Origin: Candidatus Kaiserbacteria bacterium
GTDB taxonomy: Bacteria > Patescibacteriota > Minisyncoccia > Phycocordibacterales > UBA918
Assembly (NCBI GenBank): GCA_043719825.1
Contig: JAYSTK010000019.1
Coordinates: 1-45,022 of the forward strand
Direction: 5' to 3'
DNA: 45,022 nt
Shown: positions 7,234 through 15,300 of the stretch, one piece after another
How positions within the stretch are numbered: position 1 is the stretch's first letter
How the letters are laid out: the number at the start of each line of letters is the position of its first letter
The notes under the pieces: generated by a model
The model's database searches: none
What the model was told of the DNA's origin: nothing
Seen by the model: the letters and a program-made list of their open reading frames with translations, nothing else
Made by a program: the position numbers and the translations under genes

Positions 7234-8040
7234 ATGAAATGGGTAAAGACCTGTATTGTTATTATATGTGCTGTAGTGGTAACTGCGCTTGGTATTGATG
7301 CGGCTGATACCATTAAAGGCTCAGAAGGAACACTCTTCTCACAAGTAATACATTCAACGGGAGAAGGCAGCTGTCCTTCCGGTATGCTTGAAATTCAAAA
7401 TGTTCTTACAATTAAATGTGTTGATCAATTTGAAGCATCGCCGAGCGAAAAGTGTCCTATCCCCGAGCCACAAAGTTCAATTGAGTCTCATAAAAATGCG
7501 GAATCTTCAATATGCACTGCAGAATCAAAAAAGGGGGTAAATCCATGGCGCTTTGTAAACCGAGATCAAGCAATGCAATTGTGTGCGCGAGAGGGGAAAC
7601 GTCTCCCTACAAGTGCGGAATGGTTCAACTTGAGTCTTGGGATGATTGAGGTTGAAGCATCCTGCAACATCAGCTCAAAAAAAATTTCACAGACAGGAAG
7701 CTTGTCAGAGTGCAAATCGCCTGCAGAAGTTTTTGATCTTGTGGGTAATGTGTGGGAATGGGTGCATGACGATGTCGTGGACGGAAAATATAATGAAAGA
7801 CAGCTTCCGAAAAATGGTTTTGTTATGCAAGCCGATAATGCGGGCATGGCTGTCAAAACAAGCGAACAAGAGGATCCCCTGTTCGGTAATGATTACTTCT
7901 GGTCGCCTGAGTCTGGTGTATACGGGATTGTTCGCGGCGGATATTACGACAGTGGGAGTGATGGCGGTATGTATTCCGTTCATGCAGACACACCTCCAAA
8001 CGCTGCAAGCATTGGAATTGGGTTTCGCTGTGTGATGTAA
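7234..8040 (+). CDS. membrane-anchored FGE/SUMF1-fold domain protein, copy 2 (tandem paralog)
   Basis: 268 aa with the same block order as copy 1: CVDQFEA, RLPTSAEWFNLSLG, GNVWEWVHD, RGGYYDS, GFRCV. TATACT at 7222-7227 lies 6 nt before the ATG. Confidence 0.8.
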   Translation: MKWVKTCIVIICAVVVTALGIDAADTIKGSEGTLFSQVIHSTGEGSCPSGMLEIQNVLTIKCVDQFEASPSEKCPIPEPQSSIESHKNAESSICTAESKKGVNPWRFVNRDQAMQLCAREGKRLPTSAEWFNLSLGMIEVEASCNISSKKISQTGSLSECKSPAEVFDLVGNVWEWVHDDVVDGKYNERQLPKNGFVMQADNAGMAVKTSEQEDPLFGNDYFWSPESGVYGIVRGGYYDSGSDGGMYSVHADTPPNAASIGIGFRCVM

Positions 8041-8114
8041 AGGTAAAATGTGGAGTGGTTATACGCAGAAGTATTCTTTTTCTTCAGATCAACAAGGTAC
8101 AATAGGTTTATACC

Positions 8115-9986
8115 ATGAATAAATGGGGGAATTTGATGCTCGACATCCTTAAACGAACTCTTATGAGTGGTGTTGCACTTGTGAGCGTATTTTTTGTATC
8201 AGAAAATGCGTTTGCTGCAACAATTCATCAATACAAAGATACCCTATCTGATTCAGCACCAAGCGAGTATTCTAATCATACCGTTGAGTTTAAGACGACA
8301 GTTCCAATTCCATCCGGAGGGTACATACGTTTTATTCCTGACAGCGGAGATTTCACTGTTCCTACCCTAAATTTTGACTATGAAAACGTTGAGTTAGCGG
8401 TTTCTACCTCTTCAGGATATGTCATTCGCTCATCCACATCATCTGTCAGTGCAACTGAGGATGGTGTGACAATTACTCCTGGTTCATCAGGCAAAATTGA
8501 AATATCGCTTAATAGTACCGTTCCGATACCTGCGAATGCATTCCTTAGAATACGAATGGGGAACAATACTCAAAATGCGACAAATACTGATTTGGGGTTT
8601 CAAAATCCGCCAACAACGGGAACATTTGAATATCATATTGAAACAGGCGGAGGAGGAAGCGACTCACGAGTGAGAGGTTTGGTTGCAATCATAGATACTG
8701 TTGGAATTGGTCCGATTGACACTCGAGAAATCGAACCACCTTTTCGATTTAATGGTGCTCCAACAGGAACACTCTCAGGGACAACACAAGTAGTACAGAT
8801 GTCACTTGAGACTAACGAGTTTGCTCAGTGTCGGTATAGTAACGCAGTAGGAACACCCTATTTTTCGATAGGGAATCAGTTCAGCAGTACATTTGTAACT
8901 GTCCACTCAAAAAATCTCACGGTAGCGACAAGTACTACGTATACATTCTACATACGATGTATAGATGATGAAGGAAATGAAAACCTAGATGATTATATTA
9001 TTTCATTTTCTATTCCCGCGTTTCCAGAAGGGTCACCAGGAAATGATGGAGATAATGAAGGACAAGGTTCTGGAACAGGCTCAGGATCAGGAGACTCGGA
9101 CCCCGGCGATGGATCACCTAATGGAGGCGATGATACTAGTGGAGGAACTTCAGGTGGTGGAGGAGGTGGCGGTGGGGGGGGAGGTTCAGGATCGAGTAGT
9201 GGAGGAGATGATGGAGGGGGTGGATTTGAAGGTGTTGGAAAGGCATACCAGAGTGGTGATGGACGAGTCATAATTAACGGATATGCGTTTCCGCGGAGTC
9301 TAGTCTATGTTCTTGTCGACGGTACTATCGCTGATAGTGTTACCGCAAGTGGACTTGGTGAATTCTCCGTTACTCTCGATGCCATAGCACGAGGTGTATA
9401 CAATTTTGGAATCTATGCGATTGACAAAAACAAAGTAAAATCGAGCACGTTTACGACAACATTTACGGTGACTGGGGCGCGCGGCTCAACACTTTCAAAT
9501 ATAAACGTAATGCCTTCAATTAAGGTTACACCGGATCCTGTAGAACCTGGTCAAACCCTACTCGTGTCAGGATTCGCTATCCCCAATGCAGTTATTACCC
9601 TTGAAAATCAGCAAGACAAATCAAGTGTGAGCTTAAAATCTTACACAACCAATTCTGACGCAAATGGAGCATGGAGTGTCTCAATTGAAACAACAGGATT
9701 TAAAAAGGGAACATATAAAGTACGTGCCAAAGCAAAACAAGAAACAGGAGATTTGGCACAAACGAACTACTCAAACTATACATTTTATGGAGTTGGTGAA
9801 TCAGCGGCTACACCGCGTTCTTCTGATCTTAACCGTGACGGCAAAGTAAACCTTATCGATTTTTCGATATTATTATTTTGGTGGAATAGCGATGGAGGAA
9901 ATTCAAATCCTCCGGCTGACATAAATGGCGATGGGCGAGTAAGTTTGACAGACTTCTCTATTTTGATCTTTAATTGGACTGGATAA
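8115..9986 (+). CDS. secreted surface protein: SAPS-box N-module, Gly/Ser linker, Ig-like repeats, C-terminal dockerin
   Basis: 623 aa. The signal peptide ends AFA, followed by DTLSDSAPSEYSNHT. A G/S/D-rich linker runs through about 9040-9230. The C-terminus carries two EF-hand-like dockerin segments, DLNRDGKVNLIDFSILLFWW and DINGDGRVSLTDFSILIFNW. Confidence 0.8.
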   Translation: MNKWGNLMLDILKRTLMSGVALVSVFFVSENAFAATIHQYKDTLSDSAPSEYSNHTVEFKTTVPIPSGGYIRFIPDSGDFTVPTLNFDYENVELAVSTSSGYVIRSSTSSVSATEDGVTITPGSSGKIEISLNSTVPIPANAFLRIRMGNNTQNATNTDLGFQNPPTTGTFEYHIETGGGGSDSRVRGLVAIIDTVGIGPIDTREIEPPFRFNGAPTGTLSGTTQVVQMSLETNEFAQCRYSNAVGTPYFSIGNQFSSTFVTVHSKNLTVATSTTYTFYIRCIDDEGNENLDDYIISFSIPAFPEGSPGNDGDNEGQGSGTGSGSGDSDPGDGSPNGGDDTSGGTSGGGGGGGGGGGSGSSSGGDDGGGGFEGVGKAYQSGDGRVIINGYAFPRSLVYVLVDGTIADSVTASGLGEFSVTLDAIARGVYNFGIYAIDKNKVKSSTFTTTFTVTGARGSTLSNINVMPSIKVTPDPVEPGQTLLVSGFAIPNAVITLENQQDKSSVSLKSYTTNSDANGAWSVSIETTGFKKGTYKVRAKAKQETGDLAQTNYSNYTFYGVGESAATPRSSDLNRDGKVNLIDFSILLFWWNSDGGNSNPPADINGDGRVSLTDFSILIFNWTG

Positions 9987-10070
9987 TTACCAGGTCCAGC
10001 GATTCACATTATGAATAGTGAATCGGGACATAAATTCAGAATAGTCATTTCATTCATTTCTTCATTTAGC

Positions 10071-10103
10071 TTCTCGATTTTGATCTTTAATTGGACGGGG
10101 TAA
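10071..10103 (+). pseudogene. orphan 3' remnant of a dockerin-encoding gene
   Basis: ttc tcg att ttg atc ttt aat tgg acg ggg taa encodes FSILIFNWTG*, the same last 10 codons as 9955-9986. It differs only at synonymous positions and lies 85 nt downstream of the real stop, with no ORF attached. Confidence 0.55.
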
Positions 10104-10226
10104 TGTCGTTCTCATAATTCCGAAGCATGGAGTACGTGTGGTATCAATATTAAAATTTTAGCATCGTCTACTCTTTGTGTATAAGTGAATGCAGTTTTTT
10201 ATACTAATGGCGTAGAATACTAACAT

Positions 10227-10691
10227 ATGTCCTTTTTGCAACGACTCAAAGGGAGGGGTATTCGTACCGAGCAGCGACTCCAATCAAGTGAAGAAGAGAC
10301 GGCGCTTGATAAAATCGTGCAGCTTGATGTGGATGTGTATCAAACCACCGATCTCATCGTTGTGTATGCGCAATCTGCAGGTGCAGAACTCTCGGAGATT
10401 CATGTGTCAATTGAGGGAGATGCCGATGTTGTACTCATAGAGGGAAAGCGCCTTAGACCTGAGCATATTGCTTTTCCAAAGAAAAAGCCTGATGGAGTTT
10501 TTTTTACAGAAGAATGCGTGTGGGGAGATTTCTATAGAAGAATTATACTTCCAGAGAGTATTGATATTACGAAGGCAGAAGCGAAAGTAAAAAATGGTGT
10601 TCTTGTGTTGGTGCTACCACTATTGCGTCCTGAAGAAAAAGAAAAAGTAAGACTTAAGATTCAGCGTGCAAAAGCACCGAGAGGTGGCTGA
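10227..10691 (+). CDS. hsp20: small heat-shock protein, Hsp20/alpha-crystallin family
   Basis: 154 aa. VDVYQTTDLIVVYAQSAG...HVSIEGDADVVLIEGKR...FYRRIILPESIDITKAEAKVKNGVLVLVLP follows the alpha-crystallin domain pattern. TAGAAT at 10213-10218 lies 8 nt before the ATG. Confidence 0.85.
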   Translation: MSFLQRLKGRGIRTEQRLQSSEEETALDKIVQLDVDVYQTTDLIVVYAQSAGAELSEIHVSIEGDADVVLIEGKRLRPEHIAFPKKKPDGVFFTEECVWGDFYRRIILPESIDITKAEAKVKNGVLVLVLPLLRPEEKEKVRLKIQRAKAPRGG

Positions 10692-10710
10692 TAAAATTTC
10701 AAGATATTCT

Positions 10711-12243
10711 ATGCCTGTTCTTTTAGTTCAAAATTCTCAAATCATCCGCACACTTATAATCAGTATATTTTTTTACTGTATTTTCGGCGTTGCATACCAT
10801 GCGACCGCAGCCGAAGTGGTTGTTACCCCTACCACTGCTACGTATTCGAAAGGTCAGACATTTACAACTACGATTCAAGTAAATCCTCAAGGTAAAAGTG
10901 TGAATGCGGTAGAGGCGAAACTTTCATTTGACTCTACAAAATTTGCCGTTGTAAGTATTTCTAAAACTGGTTCAGTTTTTTCACTTTGGACTACTGAACC
11001 CACATTTTCAAATTCAGCGGGCACAATTGAGTTTGGAGGTGGAAGTCCCACACCATTTACTGCAAAATCAAATCTTGTTTCTATAACGTTACGAACATTA
11101 GGAGAGGGAAGTGGAACACTGAGCGTGTCGACAGCTTCCGTGCTTGCGGCAGATGGTCTCGGTACAAATGTTTACACAGGTGCGAGTAATGGTACGTACT
11201 CAATAAGTGCGGCAGCTGTTACACCTCCGCCAGTCGAGCCAGAAGAGGAAGAAGAAGTTGTTTCCCCAGAAAAGCCAAAAGAAGAGAGTGAAGCAGCAAT
11301 TACCTTTGGAGACCCTCCACGAGCCCCAGAAGCTGGGTCTTCAGTATTTCTCGAGCCTGACAAGTGGTATGCAACGAAAGCTGGTCTTTTTACATGGGAG
11401 ATACCATTTGATGTAGATGAACTTGCACTTGATATTGCTACGTCTGTTGATGCAACTCCAACAACTAAGTACGACCCACCAATTGAAGAAATTGCACTTA
11501 ATGCAACCATGCTCATTGATGGAGTTCAATATCTCACCATGCAGTATAAAAATCAGGTTGGTTGGGGGGCAATACTCCACCGAAAGATCATGATTGACAC
11601 TGTCCCACCTGAGAAATTCGTGATAAATGTACGTGCAGGAAACACACCTTCAGCGTTTCCACTTCTAAACTTTGAGGCAATCGATTCTATATCTGGTATA
11701 GAGCGCTACGAAATGACTATTGCAGATGGGGAACCCATTCCTGTAACTCCAGATGAAGCAAAACTTGGCTATCTTATTAAAAACCTTGAAGATGGAACAT
11801 ACACCGTTCGAGTTACTGCGTTTGACTATGCAGGGAATGAGACCTTAGCGTCAGTACCTCTCCTCATTACTGCGGGATGGCTGCCACCACAAGAAATTGT
11901 AGTAACGAGCTCTTTCTGGGACCTGTTTAAAGGGAAAAATCTCGTTATCATATTGCTTCTTATTTCTCTCATTGCTCTCATCTCATATATTGTTTCACTT
12001 AAAAAAACAGCTGAGCATAAGGAACAAAAACTTAGAAAAGAAACAAAAGAAATCCAGGATCAGATGGAAAAAATATTCTCTGCTCTTCGTGACGAAATCT
12101 ATGATCAAATCAATATGATTACAAAACGCGAGCGACTTTCAAAGAAGGAGAAGGAAGCTGTTGAAGGCTTGAACCAAGCACTTGAAGTTTCAGAAACCTT
12201 GATTGAAAAAGAGATCACTGATGTGAGCAAAATACTCAAATAA
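10711..12243 (+). CDS. cohesin-like domain protein with Ig-like domain, TM anchor and ~80-aa cytoplasmic coiled-coil tail
   Basis: The ATG at 10711 is preferred over 10666, which overlaps hsp20. A signal segment is followed by VVVTPTTATYSKGQTFTTTIQVNPQGKSVNAVEAKLSFDSTKFAVVSISK...FGGGSP...LAADGLGTNV, a cohesin-like beta sandwich. The TM is at about 11941-12000, followed by a charged helical tail. It is a paralog of 41576-43321. Confidence 0.75.
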   Translation: MPVLLVQNSQIIRTLIISIFFYCIFGVAYHATAAEVVVTPTTATYSKGQTFTTTIQVNPQGKSVNAVEAKLSFDSTKFAVVSISKTGSVFSLWTTEPTFSNSAGTIEFGGGSPTPFTAKSNLVSITLRTLGEGSGTLSVSTASVLAADGLGTNVYTGASNGTYSISAAAVTPPPVEPEEEEEVVSPEKPKEESEAAITFGDPPRAPEAGSSVFLEPDKWYATKAGLFTWEIPFDVDELALDIATSVDATPTTKYDPPIEEIALNATMLIDGVQYLTMQYKNQVGWGAILHRKIMIDTVPPEKFVINVRAGNTPSAFPLLNFEAIDSISGIERYEMTIADGEPIPVTPDEAKLGYLIKNLEDGTYTVRVTAFDYAGNETLASVPLLITAGWLPPQEIVVTSSFWDLFKGKNLVIILLLISLIALISYIVSLKKTAEHKEQKLRKETKEIQDQMEKIFSALRDEIYDQINMITKRERLSKKEKEAVEGLNQALEVSETLIEKEITDVSKILK

Positions 12244-12263
12244 TTAAGCTCTGAATCCACACC

Positions 12264-12297
12264 TATAGCGCCCGCAGGACACCCTGCGGGCGCTATA
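12264..12297 (+). terminator. GC-rich hairpin terminator
   Basis: TATAGCGCCCGCAGG-ACAC-CCTGCGGGCGCTATA is a perfect 15-bp stem lying 21 nt after the stop. Its 3' arm runs into tandem TATAAT hexamers at 12294-12305. Confidence 0.75.
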
Positions 12298-12305
12298 ATT
12301 ATAAT
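12294..12305 (+). promoter_or_regulatory. tandem -10-like hexamers upstream of the giant gene
   Basis: TATAAT occurs twice, at 12294-12299 and 12300-12305. The ATG at 12325 is 19 nt downstream with no Shine-Dalgarno motif. Confidence 0.35.
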
Positions 12306-12324
12306 CAGCCCGCATTCTATTTGA

Positions 12325-15300
12325 ATGTTGGGGCTGCTTGTTCAATTGAAGAATTTTTACTTTAAAAAAACAAGTAAAGAATTTAAAAAACACATATTTA
12401 GAGCGCTACAATTACCATTAGCGTTTATTCGACGTGTTGAAGCGATTGATTATGAAAACTCATTGTTCGTGAGCTCTGCTTCACACACTAAGTCGTATAT
12501 AACGAAGTTCGTTTTAATATCGATATTTACTGTTGTGCTTTTGAGTACAAGCACCGTTGAGTCACAGTTTTCTTTAACACGCAAGTTAGATACGATTAAT
12601 GTTTTTTCTGAACGAGTAGAGAGTACAACTTGGAAAAATATCGAAGCTTTGTCTGAGCAAAATGTATCTAAAGATGGTTTGTATCAAGAATTTTCAAAAA
12701 ATAATTCTGCATATCGTGACGTTGAAAAAATAATTGATAATTCTTCAAGTACGCAAGAACCGCAACCGAATGAACAAATTATTGACAGTGAAATTGAACA
12801 GCAGCCTATTGATATTCAAGGAGAAGGCACAACTGAAACTTCTTCTCCAGAAATAAATCAAGAAATTAATACTGACACAGAAGCCTCATCTGATATTGAA
12901 AGCGAGTCGTCCACAGACTCAACTAATGAAGCAACGGAATTGCCAACTAATGCAATCGATGAACCGGTTTCACAGAACGAATATACTCCCGCAGAATTTG
13001 GTCTCTTTAAAAAAGTAACTGGTGTTTTTACTTTTGCGCAAGAATCTGTAACAAGCAGTTTAAGTGACAGTGTAAGTGATCAAATTGAAATAGATACTGA
13101 ATCTGAAGAAATCATTACGCCTACTGGAGAATCAATTACAGAAGATATAGACCTCATTGAATCAGCAAGTACAACTGAAGCAGATACCATAAGCATTAAT
13201 GAGAATAGTGATGTGAATGAAACTACGAATGTAGAAGAAAACACAAATACTCTAAACACTGCACACATTACCTTTAGTGATTTTGCACTTCCTAATCTTG
13301 AATCAGGTCAATTTATCACTAATGTGCAATTGCGCATGTCGCTTGCAGCACTTATCACAAGCAATCGCGAAGACTACCCTGTTCTTGATGTTGAATATTT
13401 ACTCAATGAAAAGTGGGAGAATGCAGGTTCCGTTATTCTTGACGGTGAGGTCTCAAATGCTTTAAATGGTGGCTATTATCTTTTTGCATTACCAACATTC
13501 ACTACCGTTGATGAATTAGATTCCTTGAGTGTAAGAATTACAGAGCGTGGGGAACTTTTAGAGGAAGACACTGTATTCATTGATGCGGTGTGGCTCGAAG
13601 TAGATACAGAAACATTTGATCGTGATCTATTGCGAGAACGGTTACTTCCAGAGGTCTTTAAAAAACTTTCTCTTCCAAGGATGCACACGCTCCTCAGTGA
13701 TACGCTCGACTTCTCTCGCGATGATGATCCTGTGTTTGTGCTCCGCTATGAGTCACAGCGAAATGCAGGAGTACGATTCTTAAGAAATATTTTTGGAAGA
13801 AATCTTGCAGAAGTTAAAACGGTTACGTTTGTTCGCAAGGGAGTTGGAATTGTAGATATTGAGCCTCTCGTAGACATGACAAATGAAGGCCTTTGGACTA
13901 TTCAGTTGCCACAAAATGCACAAGATGATTTAGAGCCGGGAACCTACACAATTGAAATTGTTATTGATGAGGGAGGTAAAGTTTTCACTGACTCTCTTGA
14001 TTTTCAATGGGGACTTCTTGCTGTTAATCCACATAAAACTGAATATGAAATTGGTGAAGTAGCGACTATTGCGCTTGCTGCGCTATCACCAAGCGGTAAT
14101 ACACTCTGCGATGCCGAGCTCGCACTGTACATTATCGATCCGCTTGAATATATTCATCGGTCAACAATACAAAAGTCCGGACTTTGTAATGGTAATAATG
14201 TTATTGATGTTCCCGATTATAGTGCGGAATTCACTCCGACTGTGAGTGGGGAATATGAAATGTATGTTGAAAATATTGGTACAAATGGAGAGGTGTTGGC
14301 CCACACCGTAGATACGTTTATGGTGGTAGAGCAACAATCATTTTCTATCACCCGTCAGAGTCAAACAAGAATTTATCCACGGGCAGAATATAGTATGGCG
14401 CTTAGAGTGGAAGCAGAGGATGCGTATGTGGGTGAACTTATGGAACGTGTACCTCGTGATTTCGTAATTGGTGAGACTGATGCGTCTATTACTATGAATG
14501 GTGATATTCAAGAATTGCGTTGGGGTATTTCTCTCAAAGGTGGAATCCCACAGACATTTACCTACTCATATGATGCGCCAGATATTTCGCCCTTCCTCTA
14601 CACACTTGGTCCTGCAGAAATAGGAAATAACACTCAATCTGACGTTGTACCCCAACTCGAAAATACTGCGACCCAGACCCCGTCTTCTGCATTTGAATCA
14701 CCCGTTATAGAAAATGTAATTGATGAAGCTACAGAAATTAATCAACCGCTTCAATTGGAAGATACAGAACCCACTTCTGTACCAGTCCTTAATGAAACCA
14801 CAACGCAACAAGAACCTGAAGAAATAATCGCTCCCGAAACTCCCGAAAGTACTATTCTTCAAAACGAAGATACTTTTGAAACAGTTGCGCCAGAGGAAAA
14901 TGCTTTTGAAATTGTTCCGACACTCGAACAACCTCTCATTGGCGAAGTAACACAGTTGACGCTTACTCCTCTGCCGCAAGCGAATGGATTTATTGAACAT
15001 CGCCGGTGGCAGATTGCGTCAGACGCAACGGGAAGTATGATCGTATTTTGGACTGATGGAGCGAGTATTCCTTCTGGATGGACGTGTATCTCATGTACAT
15101 CAACCAGTACATTTTATCAACGTTTTCCTCTTGGAGGTGCTACCTATGGAACACAAGCTGGTGTTGCTACAACTACACACACTGCAGATGGAGCAGTAAA
15201 TGCGTCGGGACTTTCAAATGCAGAAAGTTTTGGAACTTCGTTTGTAAGCATTAACTCTCACTCCCATACGATTACACCAATAATTGGAAGTACGACAACA

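Noticed and set aside
6397-8040. Diversity-generating retroelement (DGR) targets. FGE/C-type-lectin-fold proteins with a variable C-terminal segment before GFRC are classic DGR variable proteins, especially in CPR genomes.
   Set aside because: The window has no reverse transcriptase ORF, and I found no ~100-nt template repeat matching either C-terminal segment (7081-7206 or 7921-8040). The two paralogs differ at all base types, not only where a template would carry A. This could only be revived by finding a TR and RT elsewhere in the genome.
10160-10226. CIRCE/HAIR-type heat-shock operator upstream of hsp20, because TTAGCATCG resembles the TTAGCACTC half-site.
   Set aside because: No inverted partner (GAGTGCTAA-like) follows at the required 9-nt spacing. 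Only a -10-like TAGAAT is supported.
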